Notes: a model not told the origin generated them from the letters alone. A stretch of 64,000 bases of DNA from Chiloscyllium plagiosum (GCF_004010195.1 NC_057749.1:12031282-12095281); one strand, 5' to 3'; positions 1-13,590 are shown, counted from the stretch's first letter. A program made the numbers and translations.

Positions 1-280
1 TCTTTCCTATTCTTCTTGTTTCTGCTGTCCCTTTTTCCCTCCACCCCTCTCCTTTCTGCACCCTCTTGCTCCCTTCTGTCTATCTGATTTCATCCCCTCA
101 CCCTTTTCTACTGTCTCCCCCACTTCCCCCCACCTCTACCCAACACTCCCTCCTCCCGCTCCCTCCCATCTTCCCCTTAATCTCACTGCCTTATCCCTCC
201 ATCTACCAGTTCCCTCTGCCTTTCTCTCTTTCTCCCTAACACTTCCCTCCTCCTCCCTCTCCTCCCCACTCCCTCATCCT
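1..280. repeat. Pyrimidine-rich (C/T) low-complexity tract
   Basis: Almost purely C/T runs (ctccct, tccccc) over about 280 bp. Confidence 0.85.
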
Positions 281-864
281 TTATTAAAGGATTTTTGTAA
301 AACCTGAAAATTCCTACCTAATAGCAATTTAAGTTTACGTCACATTCCCAGCTTCTCAGTAGACCTAAGGATGGACAGTAAATTGGAGCCTTGCTAGTGA
401 TGGGTGCCCATTTCATCGGAATGAAGAATAAGACATTCTTATGTGGGGCGTTACACAGTTCGATTCTAGTCTTGCTCCATGTTCACACAGGTACTTAGGA
501 ACCAAAAGCCTTGCTGACTTCCTCCTCTTGCACTCGGGTGCTGAGATCAGTTGACTCAGCAGGGACCAGGAATTGAGTCCAGTTTGTGGTAGAAAAGGGT
601 GGGTGCAGGGGATCTGTGAAGTTTGAGTATTTCAGCTCTTCTTCCATTTGTTGAACTTCTCCATAAAGGCATAAAAATAGACAAAGGTGAACAATTCAAA
701 CTCTACATTTTTTAATCAAATAAATAGCCAGTTACCTACCTGCCTAGTTCATAGAGGAAGCAGCAAATTGAGTTGTTTTTCTGCACAGTTAATGATAAAT
801 TAGTGGTGGCCTTTTGGGTCTCCCTATGATTGCTCTGCCACGGTAGTTGGGTAAATTTGCCTGT

Positions 865-1180
865 TTTTTAATTCTTTCAGGGGACATGGGTGGCACTGGC
901 TGGTCAGAATTTATTGCCCATCCCTTGTTGACCTTGAGAAAGTAGTGGTGAGCTGTCTTCTTGAACTGCCAAGTCTGTGTCCTGAAGGTTGACCCACAAT
1001 GCTGTTTAAGGAAGGAATTCCATGATTTGCCATGAATTCCATGTGACAGTGAGAGAATGGTGATATATTCCCAAGTCAGGAAGATGAGTGGTTTGGAGAG
1101 GAACTTGCAGGTGATTATGTTTTCATGTATTTGCTACCATTGTCCTTCTAGATAAAAGTGGTCGTAGGTTTGTCGCAGGA
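865..1180 (-). mobile_element. Old non-LTR retroelement 3' end (CR1/L2 group, family not assigned)
   Basis: Reverse complement resembles the 3' ends at 22850-22995, 6400-6590 and 13500-13590 (ggatgggcaataaat..gccatgtccc..gaat). Confidence 0.55.
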
Positions 1181-1364
1181 GCCTGTTAATTTGATGTTGC
1201 CTCTTGGCAACTGGCTGATGACATTCTGTAATAATACAGCAAGTGTCAGTTAGAAAAAAACTTGTGCAGTATTTACACACGAATTAGATCAAAAGAACGC
1301 AAGGATATTTACCTAAATCAGAAAGCTCTCCTAAGTTACCTCTCATCTCCCCATATCCTTCATT

Positions 1365-2430
1365 AGACCATACAACATAGGAGCAGAAATTAGGCCATTC
1401 AGCCCATCAAGTCTGCTCCACCATTCAATCATGGCTGATAAATTTCTCAATCCCATTCTCCCATTTTCTCCCCATAACCCTTGATCCCCTTTACAATCAA
1501 GAACCTATCTATTTCTGTCTTAAATATGACTTGGCGTCCACAGCCTTCTGTGAAAGTTAATTCCATAGATTCACCACTCTCAGGCTGAAGAAATTTCTCC
1601 TTTATCTCTGTTCAAAAAGGTCTTTCTTTTAGTCTAAGGCTGTGTCCTTGGGTCCTAGTCTCTACTGCCAATAGAAACATCTTCCCAACACCCACTGTGT
1701 CCAGGCATTCAGAATTCTATAAGTTTCAATCGGATCCCCCCTTATCCTTCTAAACTCCATTGAGTATAGACATAGAGTCCTCAAATGTTCCTCTTATGTT
1801 AAGCTTTTCATTCTTGAGACCATTCCCGTGAATCTCCTCTGAACACGCTCAAGGGCCAGTACAGCCTTCCTGAAATATGGGGCCAAAACCTGCACACAAC
1901 ACTCCAAGTGTGACCTGTCCTATCTGTCCAGCTTCTTTCCCATTTGTCCGCTGCACCCTCCCCTCTGACCTATCACCATTACTCCCACCTCCCTCCAGTT
2001 AAAACGCTCTCACCTTCCTCCCAGCCCTACCCCCACCCCCCTCCCATTTATCTCCCACCCCCTCGGCTCACAGCCTCACTCCTAATGAAGGGCTTTTGCC
2101 CGAAACATCGACTCTCCTGCTCCTCGGATGCTGCCTGACCTGCTGTGCTTTTCCAGCACCATACTCTTGACTCCAAATGTGGCTTGATCAGAGCCTCAGA
2201 AGTACATCCCTGCTTTTATATTCAAATCCTCTCAAAATAAATGCCATCACTGCATTTGCCTTCCTAACTACTGACTCAATCTACAAGTTTAGCTTGAGAG
2301 AATCCTAGACTAGAATTCCCAAGTCTCTTTGCACTTCAGACTTCTGAATTTTCTCCCCATTTAGAAAATAGTGCATGCCTCTATTCTTCCTACCAAAGTG
2401 CATGACCTCTCACTTTCCCACATTGTATTC
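1365..2430 (-). mobile_element. CR1 LINE 3' fragment, interrupted by a PLE terminal fragment
   Basis: CR1 3' tail stem-loop (aggccattcagcccatc) plus degenerate ORF2 C-terminus (PHLE.CVQVLAPYFRK). Confidence 0.8.
1918..2169 (+). mobile_element. Penelope-like element terminal fragment with degenerate hammerhead motif
   Basis: Homologous to the 3' end of the PLE at 25640-25867. Imperfect TSD actccaagtgtgacctg (1901-1917) / actccaaatgtggcttg (2170-2186). Motif ctaatga-agggc-tttt-gccc-gaaacatc at 2082-2109. Confidence 0.8.
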
Positions 2431-2974
2431 TTTAAGCTCAAGATCTAGTACCATTCATGCATCACTGCTCTCCTTTTTGAAGGCACCTGGTCCACCAAAC
2501 ATTCAAGTTTGGCACTCCCATCTATGTGAAACCCTTTGCAATGTTCCAAAGTCTTTGAATTTCTCCAATTCTTGCATCTCCCTGTTAAATTGTTCCCCAA
2601 CTGGTGCCTTTCCATCTCTCCCTCCTCTACACTGACCCTTAAAATATAGCTGTAACTGAATTTGTGGTCATCTGCCCCAATATTTCTGCATTCACTCTGA
2701 AATTTTGATTGTTATTTCTCCTTGATATTTTTATGATGATAACAATGCTATATAAATACAAGTTGGTAATGATGACAACTTCTGAAATATCAAAACATAT
2801 AAAAACACCACAGCTGGAAGGTGTTCAGAACAATATTGGAATTAAGATATGAAATGGGATCAGAAGTGGACCATTAGAAACACGAACAGGAGTAGGTCAT
2901 TCGGCCCCTTAAAGCATGCTCTGCCATTCAGTAGGATCATAGCTGATCCAACATTCCTCACATCCAATTTCCTG

Positions 2975-4172
2975 CAGTACAGGCTCTTCGGCCCTCGATG
3001 TTGTGCCAACATGTGAAACCAATCTGAAGCCCATCGAACCTAAACTATTCCATTCTTGTCCATGTGCCTACCCAATGACCATTTAAAGGCCCTTAAAGTT
3101 GACAAGTCTCCTACTGTTGCAAGCAGGCCGTTTCACATACTTACTACTGTCTGAGTAAAGAAACAATCGCTGACCTCTGTCCTATACTCATCACCCCTCA
3201 ATTTAAAGCTATGTCCCTTCGTGCTAGCCATCACCATCCAAAGAAAAAGGCCCTCACTGTCCCCCTTTCTAACCCACTGATCATTTTGTATGTCTCGAAG
3301 TCATCTCTCAACCTTGTTCTTTCTAACGAAAACAGCCTCAAGTCCCTCAGCCTTTCCACATAAGACCTTTCCTCCATACCAGGCAACATCCTAATAAATC
3401 TCCTCTGAACCCTTTCCAATGCTTCGACATTCTTCCTGAAATGTGACAACCAGAAATGTACGCAATACTCCAAGTGCGGCCGTACCAGAGCTTTGTACAG
3501 CTGCAACATGACCTCAGGCTCCGAAACTCAATCCCTCTACCAATAAAAACTTACACACTGTATGCCTTCTTAACAACCCTATCAACCTGGGTGTCAACTT
3601 TCTGGGATGTGTGTACTTGGATACCAGGTCTCTCTGCTCATCTACGCTACCAAGAATCTTACCATTAGCCCAGTACTCTATTCTTGTTACTCCTTCCAAA
3701 GTGAATCACCTCACACTTTTCCACATTAAACCCTATTTGCCACCTCTCAACCCAGCTCTGCAGCTTATTTATGTCAGTAACCTGCAACATCCTTCAGCAC
3801 TATCCACAACTCCACCAGTCTTAGTGTCAACCGCAAATTTACTAACCCATTCTTCTACACCCACATCCAGGGTGAGCAACAGCCCCAAAACAGATCCTTG
3901 TGGTCCACCACTAGTAACTGAACTCCAGAATGAACATTTCACATCAACCACTACCTTGTATCTCTTGATGCTAGCCAATTTCTGATCCAAACCGCTAATT
4001 CACCCTCAATCCCATGCCTCCATATTTTTGCAATAGCCTACCAAGGGGAACCTTATCAAATGCTTTATTGACATCCATATATGCCACATCAACTGTTTTA
4101 TCCTCATGCACCTGTTTGGTCACCTTCTCAAAGAACTCTAAGGTTTGTGAGGCATGACCTACCCTTCACAAA
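2975..4172 (-). mobile_element. CR1 LINE ORF2 3' part (decayed)
   Basis: ORFs 3231-3509, 3514-3699 and 3769-3990 give LYKALVRPHLEYCVHFW, VTSGGPQGSVLG and VSKFA, typical CR1 RT/C-terminal motifs broken by frameshifts. Confidence 0.9.
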
Positions 4173-4461
4173 ATTAATTTTACACAAGGGCTCTACCTCC
4201 ATGGTTGTTTTTGGCAAGGAGTTGCAAAGACTCCTTACGCTCGGAGAGAGGTTGTTCTTCCTCATCTCAGTCTGAAATTTATTCTGAGACTATGCCCTCT
4301 CGTCCTAGACTTTCCCATGAGGGGAAACATCCTCACAACATTAACTCTGTAAAGGCCCTTAAGAATCCACTATGATTCAATGTGTTCACCTCTCATTCTT
4401 CTATACTTCAGTCAGTAGAGTTCCATCCTATTTAGCCTTTGCTCCTAAGACAATAGACAAT

Positions 4462-5563
4462 AAACAATAGGTGCAGGAGTAGGCCATTTTGCCCTTCGAG
4501 CCTGCACCACCATTCAATATGATCATGGCTGATCATCCTTAATCAGTATCCTGTTCCTGCCTTATCTCCATAACCCTTGATTCCACTATCCTTGACAGCT
4601 CTATCCAACTCTTTCTTAAATGAATCCAGAGACTGGGCCTCCACTGCTCTCTGGGGCAAAGCATTCCTCACAGCCACCACTCTCTGGGTGAAGACGTTTT
4701 TCCTCATCTCTGTCCTAAATAGTCTACCCCGTATTTTTAAGCTGTGTCCTCTGGTTCGGCACTCACCCATCAGCGGAAACATGTTTCCTGCCTCCAGAGT
4801 GTCCAATCCTTTAATAATCTTATACATCTCAATCAGATCCCCTCTGTCTTCTAAACTCAAGGGGGTATACAAGCCCAGTCACTCCAATCTTTCAGGGTAA
4901 GATAGTCCAGCCATTCCAGGAATTGACCTCGTGAACCTACACTGCACTCCCTCAATAGCCAGAATGTCTTTCCTCAAATTTGGAGACCAGATCTGCACAG
5001 AGAGAGAGAGATATGTCAGAGAGATGGAGATGTCAGAGGGAGAGATGCCAAAGAAAGAGAGAGAGAGATGACAAAGTGAGAGCGAGATGTCAGAGAGAGA
5101 GGGAGAGATGTCAGAGAGAGAGAGAGCGAGAGATGTCAGTATATTGGGTCCCAGCACTGATCCCTGCAGTACCCCACTGGTCACTGCCTGCCATTCCGAA
5201 ATAGAGCCATTTATCACTACTCTTTGTTTCCTATCAGCCAACCAACGTTCAATCCAAGTTAGTACTTTGCCCCCAATACCATGCGCCCTAATTTTGCTCA
5301 CTAACCTCCTATGTGGGACTTTATCAAAAGCTTTCTGAAAACTTCCAGGTACACTACATCTACTGGATCTCCCTTGTCGATCTTCAGTTACATCCTCAAA
5401 AAATTCCAGAAGATTAGTCAAGCATGATTTCCCCTTCATTAATCCATGCTGACTCTGACCTATCCTGTTACTACTATCCAGATGTGTCGTAATTTGATCC
5501 TTTATAATAGACTCCAGCATCTTTCCCACCATTGAGGTCAGACTAACTGGTCTATAATTCCCT
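4462..5563 (-). mobile_element. CR1 LINE 3' part with an internal segment replaced by a GA-rich microsatellite
   Basis: KGKSCLTNLLEFFEDVT, FQKAFDKVPH, QGSVLGP and TRGHSLKIRG motifs. Repeat at 4998-5138. Confidence 0.9.
4998..5138. repeat. (GA)n-GATGTCA compound microsatellite
   Basis: Repeated gagagagagatgtca-like units. Confidence 0.9.
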
Positions 5564-5699
5564 CCATCGCAGGAATCATTCTAGTGAGCATCTTTTGAAC
5601 TGTTTCCAAAGAAATTATGTATTCTTTAAGGACAGGGGCAGCAGATACATAGGAACACCACCTGCAAATTCCCCTCCAAGCCCCTCAACGTCCTGACTT

Positions 5700-6395
5700 G
5701 GAGTCGCAGAAATGTTTAGCATGGAAAGAGACCCTACAGTCCAACCTGTCCATGCTGACCAAATATTCTAAATTAATCTAGTCCCATTTTCCAGCATTTG
5801 GTCCATATCCCTCTAAACCCTTCCTATTCATATACCCATCCAGATGCCTTTTAAAGGTTTAATTGTACCAGCCTCCACCATTTCCTCTGGCATCTCATTT
5901 CATACATGCATCATCCTCTGTGTGAAAAAATTGCCTCTCAGGTCCCTTTTTAAATCCTTCCCACTCACCTTAAACCTAAGTCCTCTAGTTTTGGACTCCC
6001 TTCTCCTGGGAAAAAGACCTTGACTATTCACCCTATCCAAGTCTCTCATGATTTTATAAATCTCTATAAGGTCACCCCTCAGCCTCCGACAGTCCAGATA
6101 AAATAGCCCAAGTCTATTCAGCCTCTCCCTGTAGCTCAAACCCTCAAGCTCAAGCAATATCCTTGTAAATGTTTTCTGAACTCTTTCAAGCTTCACAACA
6201 TCTTTCCTACAGCAGGGAGACTAGAATTGCATGCAGTATTCCAAAAGTGGCTTAACCAATATCCTGTACAGCCACTACACGACCTCCCAAATCCAATACT
6301 CAAAACAATGACAAATAAAGATAAGCGTACCAAATGCGTACTTCACTACCCTGTCTACCTGTGACTGGGCTTTCAAGGAACTATGAACCTGCACT
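5700..6395 (-). mobile_element. CR1 LINE 3' fragment nested in an older retroelement end (5630-6590)
   Basis: ORF 5900-6196: LERVQKTFTR..RLRGDLIEIYKIM..NFFTQR. Confidence 0.85.
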
Positions 6396-6699
6396 TGGAA
6401 ATATATCACAGTTCTTTCAGTGTTGCCGGATTAGAATTCTGGAATGGCCTCTCTGACAGTGCTGTGGGTCTATCTAAACCTCAAGGATTGCAGCAGGTCA
6501 AAGAGGCACTTTCTACAAGGACAAATAGGAATGGATGAAATGGTAGCCCAGCCAGAAATAGCCACATTCTGTGAACAAATAATTTTAAAAGAAACCTTCC
6601 TACGTAGTCACTTATAAAACATTCTGACCTTGCAACATGCCTGTCAGTTGGGTGGCTGCCAACAGTCCCAGTTTAAGGCTTTTCATTCATTGTTAGTCC

Positions 6700-7220
6700 A
6701 CTGGCATTGGTCTTTGTTCTCCCAAAATGAACTTCACATTTTACCAAGTTGTATACCATTTGTCAATTTTTTGCCCACTTGCTTGACCTATCAGTATCTC
6801 TCCGTAACCTATTTGTATCACTCTCACAACTTGCGTTTCCACCTACTTTTGTCTCATCTGCAAACTTGGCTACAATACATTTGATTCCTTGTTCGAAGTC
6901 ATTAATATATATTGTAAACTATTGCATTCCCAGCACTGATCTTTGTGGATCCCCAATGATTACAAGTTGCCAGCCTGAAAAAGAACCTCTTATACCCAAT
7001 TTCTGTTTCATGCATCAATTCTCTCTTTGTGCAGTACTATGGGTTCTTCTCTCATGACGTCATCTTTTGTGAGGTACCTAGTCAAACATCTTCTCAAAGT
7101 TCAAGTACAACACATTTAGTGATTTCCCCCTCTATCCATTCTGGTTGAGACTTCCTTGGAAAGCTTGAATAAATTAGGCAGACGTGACCTTTCTTTCATG
7201 AAGCTATGCTAACTCTGCTT
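6700..7220 (-). mobile_element. Decayed CR1 RT fragment
   Basis: Minus strand shows PQRSVLG and VAKFADETKVG remnants. Confidence 0.7.
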
Positions 7221-7231
7221 GAGGGGGGGAT

Positions 7232-7370
7232 AAAGAAACTAAAGAATGGCAGATGCTGAAAATCAGAAAGAAAAACAAAAACAAATTGCTGTAAAAACTC
7301 AACAGGTCTGGCAACATCTTTGGAGAAAAAAAGAAGAGCCACTGGACCTGAAATGTTAACTCTACTTTCA
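7232..7370. mobile_element. Degenerate PLE-terminal element (family C)
   Basis: Similar to 23641-23860 (gcagatgctg..aacaggtctggcaacatc..ggacctgaaatgttaact). Confidence 0.55.
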
Positions 7371-7374
7371 TGCT

Positions 7375-7907
7375 TTTGATGGGTTTAAGGGCCAATTTGC
7401 AAATAGCTAACAGATTCAGCCTCAGGCAAAAGGCTTTCAAATAAAAGAAACACTTCTACAAAGAAAGGGGAGCGGCCAGTTCTCCCACTCAGCTTATCTT
7501 TGGTTTTTGCAGTCAGGCAATTTTGAGGCTGCTGATCCAAATAACAGCAACATGAAAGAGGTTGTTCTGTGCTGACATCTCTCTGTCCTGTAAGACTGTG
7601 TTTGATTTTTCATTTTGTGCCAAGAATGTTTATGGCGATTGTTGTAAGTATTTGGAACAGCATCATTAAGTTGGGATAATCTGTTGGGTTTTTGGATAGG
7701 TTACGTTATTCTGTATTCTGTTCTCTTTTATTTGTGTTTCATCCAGTAATCTTATTAATAAATTCTGTTTTATTGAAAACTAAGTGGTTTGACCAGCTGC
7801 ATCACTCCTGGAATATCTGCATTACACCTGCTTAAAACAACTAGCAAAGTTAGGGTCTGGGCTACTTCCTTGAAATGTTTTGAGGGGGTCTGACATGGTC
7901 CATAACA
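7375..7907. mobile_element. LTR-like repeat (related to 37553-38105)
   Basis: Ends ..gagggggtctg..gtccataaca. Shares aaagttagg.tct.ggcta..ttttgagggggtctg with 38049-38105. Left boundary uncertain. Confidence 0.5.
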
Positions 7908-8129
7908 CTGGATTCTGAATTTAGTCTGTGTGGCTATTACTGACTTTTACCTTCATCTTAACACTCTCTTTAACTTCCTTGGTTGACTATGATTGATTTA
8001 TCCCTTTCCTTAGAATCTTTCCTCCTTAGTGGGTTATATTCAGCCCTTTAAGCTGGCTCTGCTACTCAATATAATTGTGAATTATCTGTTTATGTTTCAA
8101 ATTCCACACTCCTGTCCAGCCTGAATGAT

Positions 8130-8960
8130 TCTAGATTCTCTTTAGGTGAGGGAATCAAAAGTCGCAGTAAAACACTTGTCCTTGGGGAAAAAATTCTCAT
8201 CTTTGTTCTGAAAGATAGACCCCTAATTTTACCCAGCAAAGGAAACATGCTTTCCATGTTCAACTTATCACGACCATTCAAGATTCATAATACGCTTCAA
8301 CAAATTTACCCCTCATTCTTTTAACCTCCAGTAATAACAAGCACAGCTTGTCCAACCTATCTTCACAAAACAGTCCAGTCATTATAGATACAGGTTGTAC
8401 CTCCCTGATCTGACACCCTGGTCCAGTATCCACAGTTGGTTCCAGTTCTAGTCTAAAATTGCTGTTAAGGTTACAAGCCATTGCCTGCAAATGCTTGGTC
8501 TGCAGTCACATTTATTTTAGTGAAGCACTTTTAATCTGCCTGGACCCTTTAGTGAAAAGATATATTTTATTGTGCACAGCTCAGTGTGGAGAGTGTAAAA
8601 TTAATTGCTACAACTCACAGGAACAATCGTCTCTGATGTTAGAGCTTATGTAACTTTATTGTTTCAAGGTTCCATATTAAGGAACATGTATTGTTTTAAC
8701 GATTTACAGGAGGAAAATTGAATGAACCTTATAATGAAATGCATAAGTATTATGAGCAACATATTGCAAAGTACTTTTTAATAGTGTTTAAGACTCCTGT
8801 GTCCGGCAAAGGCCCAGTTCCGAGACTGCTGGATTATGGTGATACAACTTATATCACTCTCGTAAACCTCCTCTGAATTGCCTCCTACACATTTATATCC
8901 TTCCGTAAATAAGGAAATCAAACCTGCACACTGTATTCAGGATAGGGTCTTGTCAGCAAA
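8130..8960 (-). mobile_element. Old CR1 3' fragment split by a MITE
   Basis: ORFs 8090-8281 and 8278-8490 give degenerate DRLDKL..RMRG..MFPL. CR1 sequence resumes after 8853. Confidence 0.6.
8391..8851. mobile_element. Tc1/mariner (pogo/Tigger-like) non-autonomous DNA transposon (MITE)
   Basis: TA-caggttgtacctccctgatc ... gattatggtgatacaactta-TA: imperfect TIRs and a TA duplication. The host CR1 reads through when the element is removed. Confidence 0.65.
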
Positions 8961-9719
8961 CTGCTTGTTCATCAGTCTACCTGAAGGACGAATTGAATCA
9001 TTGGGTCATATCCTGTTTTATTTATTCAGACAATTCATCAAAACAGACACTATCAGTTAGCTGACATGCCTTTGCTTTTTCATAGAATGGTATGTTTGCT
9101 GTTAATTATTAGACACAACTTATTGTTTTAATCCCTGTCCCTCACCAAGGAACTGTATTCATCCCTAGCTCCTTATCCTCAAGCTAAAGTAAATAATTTG
9201 TTGACATAAAAAGAATGGATGTTGCACAATATGCCTGTTAAACCCCTATTTAATGTTATTAGACCTATTTTACACATCATTTAAAATGCCTTGCATTTAC
9301 AATGTTCCATATTGGAAAATTTCTCTTGACATCAAGTCGCTTTGAAATGGTGAAGTTAGTGCTTTATTTTTATACTATTGGTATTTTTTTTTTCAGATTA
9401 TAAATAGTTTCAAGGATGGGGAAAGAGAGACAATGTTTCTTAGTGTTGTGGATGACTTCTGCTGTCAGAGATAGTATTTAAGATTTGAGTGTTGGCAGCA
9501 CTTTGGCCCTGCAGGGCAAGGAGTGATTCACTCACCAAAGTCAGTTCACCTAAAGGCTCAATGTATGTGTACAGTTTCAGTGTGATACTTGGGGATATTG
9601 ATAAGTGTCCCATTGATCCATTTCAGTTTAATGATGTCAGCCAGCAGAATGATGAAGTTTAGAACTCACCTCAGCATCCTGGATTCAGGTGTAAGAATAA
9701 TAACCTGCTTTATACAGGA

Positions 9720-12700
9720 AGGTGAAGAGAAGGTGGCATAATTTTGCATCATTCGGGAGGCAGAGTCTGTGATAGATAAGAGTTACAGGCATGGAGAAAG
9801 CTAGGCAACTGTTAGAAGGGGGTCAAAACAGTAATTCCCCTGAAAAAGAAGTATACCGTTTTGGATACTCGGAGGGGGGGGGGTACTTAACATGGGCATG
9901 CATTGGGATGCAGGTCTCTAGCACAGAGTCTGTCCCTGTTGCACAGAAGGGAAGGGGGAAAAGGAGGAGAGTGTTAGTCTTTGGGGACTCAGTAGGTACA
10001 GGGTCAGATAAAAAGTTTGTTCGGAATGAAAGACACTCCCTGTTGGTGTATTGCCTCCCAGATGCCAGGATCAGTGACGTCTCAGATTATGTCTTTGGGG
10101 TCCTGAAGGGAGAGGGTGACCAGCCCCAAGTCGTGATCCACATAGGTACCAACAACATGGGTAGAAAGAGGGATAGGGATGTAAGGCAGGATTTCAGGGT
10201 GATGGGGTGGAAGCTGAGAGCTAGAGCAGAGTTGTTATCTCTGGATTGTTACCCGTGCTACATATAGTGAGGCGAAGAGTAGGGAGAGATACCAGCTGAA
10301 CACGTGGCTGCAGGGATGGTGCAGGAGGGTGGGTTTCAGATATATGGATAATTAAGGCTCATTCTGGGGAAGGTGGGATATCTACAAACAGGATGGTCTT
10401 CACTTGAACCAAAAGGGTACTAATATCCTGGGTGGGAAATTTGCTAATGCTATTGGGGTGGGTTTAAACTAGCTCAGCAGGGGTTTGGGAACCTGTCTTG
10501 TAGTTCCAGTGCACAGGAGAATGAGAGTAGTGAGGACACGGACAGGATTTCACGGTCACAGGAATGTGCTGGCAGACAGCAAGCTGGTTTGAAGTGTGTC
10601 TAGTTCAACGCCACAAGTACTCAAAATAAGGTAGGTGAGCTTACAGTATGGATAGGTACCTGGGACTTCGATGTTGTGGCCATTTCGGAGACATGGATAG
10701 AACAGGATCAGGAATGGATGTTGCAATTTCCAGGGTTTAGATCTTTCATTAAGATCAGGGAAGGTGGTAAAAGAGGGGAAGGTGTGGCTTTGTTAGTCAA
10801 GGACAGTATAATGGTGGCTGAAAGAACGTTTGATGAGGACTTGTCTACTGAGGTGGTATGGGTTGAGGTTCGAAACAGGAGAGAGGTCGCACTGCTGGGA
10901 GTATTTTATAGGCCTCCGCAAAGTTCCAGGGATGTGGAGGAGAGGATTGGCAAAACGATTCTGGGAAGGAGTGAAAGGAACATGGCGATCATTATGGGGG
11001 ACTTTAACTTTACCAACATTGACTGGAAATGCTATAACTCTAGTATGTCAGGTGGATCAGGTTTTGTCCAATATTGTAGAAGGGCTTCTTGACAGAATGT
11101 CGAAGGGCTGACAAGGGGGGAGGCGACACTGGATCTGGTGCTTGGTAATGAACCAGGCCAGGTGTTTGATTTAGTAGTAGGGGAGCACTTTGAAGAGAGT
11201 GATCATAATTTGATTATGTTTAGTTTAGTGACGGAAAGGGATAGGCACATGCCACAGGACAAGAGTTATAAATGGGGGAAGGGCAATTATAATGTGATTA
11301 GGCAAGACTTAGGAGGCATAGATTGGGTAGCAAAATGCAGGGGATGAGGTTCAGTTGAAATGTGGAGCTGGTTTAAGGAACTGATATTGCATGTCCTCGA
11401 TAGGTCTATCCCTGTCAGGCAGGGAGGAAGTGATAAGGTAAGGGAACTGTGGTTTACGACAGAATTTGCATCTCTTGTTAAGCAGAAGAGGGAGGCTTAT
11501 GCGACGTTGAGACGAGATGGTTCAGATGGAGTGATGGAGAGGTACAGATTAGTTAGGAAAGATTTAAAGAGAGAGTTAAGAAGAGCAAGGAGGGGACATG
11601 AGCAGTCTTTGGCAGGTAAGTTAAGGAGAATCCTAAAGTTTTCACTCAGGAAAAGGAGAGTATTGTAGAGAAGAAGAATGAGATACGGGCCATTAGACTA
11701 GAAAGATTGAGGTTAGTAAGGAGGAGATGTTATCAATTTTAGAATGTGTGAAAGTAGATAAGTCCCCTGGGCCAGATGGGATTTATCCAAAGATTCTCTG
11801 GGTAACAAGGGAGGAGATGGCAGAGTCTTTGGCCTTGATCTTTGAGTCACTCATTGTCTACAGGCTTAGTATCAGAGGCCTGGAGGATTGCAAATGTTGT
11901 GCCCTTGTTCAAGAAGGGCAGTGAAGATGACCCAGGTAATTATAGACCAGTGAGCCTTATGTCTGTTGTAGGAAATGTTTTGGAAAGGATTATAAGAAAT
12001 AGGATTTATAATCATCTAGCAAGCAACAATTTGATAGGAGATAGTAAACATGGTTTTGTCAAGGACAGGTCATGTCTCACAAACCTCATTGAGTTTTTTG
12101 AGAGGGTGACCAAGCATGTGGATGAGGGTAGGGCAGTTGACGTGGTGTACATGGACTTCAGTAAAGCCTTTGATAAGGTTCCACATGGTAGGCTATTGGA
12201 GAAAATGTGAAGGCATGGGATTGAGGGTGATTTAGCAGTTTGGCTTTCTGTAAGAAGGCAATGAGTGGTGGTTGATGGAAAATATTCAGCCTGGAGTCCT
12301 GTTGCTAGTGGTATGCCACAAGGATCTGTTTTTGGACCAATGTTGTTTGTCATTTTTATAAGTGACTGGGACAGAGGCATAGGTGGGTGGGTTAGTAAGT
12401 TTGCAGGTGATGCTAAAGTTGGTGGAGTGTTGGACAGTGTGGAAGAATGTTGAGGGTTGCGGGGGAATTTGGATAAACTGCAGAATTGGACTGAGAGGTG
12501 GCAAATGGGAGTTCAATGCAGGTAAGTGTGAGGTGATTCACTTTGGGAAGAATAACAGGAAGGCAGAATACTTGGTCAATGGAAAGATTCTTCATGGTAT
12601 GGATGTGCAGAGGGATCTCTATGTACATAGATCCCAGGTTGATAGTGCTGTTAAAAAGGCATAGAATGTGTTAGGTTTTATTGAGTACCAGAGCTGTAAT

Positions 12701-13250
12701 GTCATGCTGCAACTGTATAAAACGCTAGTGCAGCCTCACTTGGAATACTGTGTGCAGTTCTGGTTGCCCCATTATAGGAAGGATGTGGACTCATTAGAAA
12801 CGGTGCAGAGGAGATTTATCAGGGTGTTGCCTGGTCTGGAGCGAAGGTCTTATGAGGAAAAGCTGAGGGACTTGGGTCTGTTCTCATTGGAAAGAAGGCA
12901 GCTAAGAGGTGATATAATGGAGACATACAAGACGATCAGAGGATTAGATAGGGTGGACAGTGAGTGTCTTTTTTCCGAGGATGATGACATCAGCTTGTAC
13001 GAGGGGGCACAGTTGCAAATTGAGGAGTGGTAGATTTAAGACAGATGTCAGAGTCAGGTTACTTACTCAGAGTGGTTAAGGATATGGAATATCCTGCCTG
13101 TCAATGTAGTTAACTTAGCCACATTAGGGGCATTTAAATAGTCCTTGGATAAGCACATGGATGATAATGGGATGGGCTTAGATTAGTTCATAGATCAGCG
13201 CAACATCGAGGGCCGAAGGGCCTGTTCTGTGCTGTATAGTTCTATGCTCT
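9720..13250 (+). mobile_element. Near full-length decayed CR1 LINE: ORF1 SGNH esterase, ORF2 APE endonuclease + RT
   Basis: VLVFGDS, VIHIGTNN and DGLHLN (esterase). AISETW and IMGDFN (APE). KSPGPDGI, NYRPVSL, DFSKAFDKVPH and PQGSVFGP (RT). 3' tail gggccgaagggcctgttc..ttctatg. Multiple stops, frameshifts and internal deletions. Confidence 0.93.
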
Positions 13251-13257
13251 ATAAATC

Positions 13258-13590
13258 GTAATGGCACTGGACTAGTAATCCAGAACTTGGGCTCGTGTTT
13301 CGAGAACATGGGTTCAAATTCCATTATTATTGATAGATTTAAATTCAATAACCTGGAATATAAATCTTGTTTCGGTAATCTCATTGTAAAAACCCAACTG
13401 GTTCACTAACATCTGGAGGGAAATCATCTTTGCCTGGTCCAAACTATGTGCCCCCAGAATCTCAGTAACTTGGTTGACTTTTAACTGTCTTCTGAAATTT
13501 CCTCACAAACCACTCAAGGGCATTTTAGGGATGGACAACAAATACTTGCCTTTGTCAGCAACGCTGATAGCCCATGAAAGAATTAATAAA
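13258..13590 (+). mobile_element. Old tRNA-derived SINE
   Basis: tRNA-like head (gtaatggcactggactagtaatccaga..gggttcaaattcc). Tail shared with old retroelement ends at 6520-6590 and 22940-22995. Confidence 0.6.

Noticed and set aside
9791..10460. Host esterase/lipase gene
   Set aside because: The SGNH motifs lie directly upstream of CR1 APE/RT. This is the known CR1 ORF1 esterase domain, and it is disrupted.
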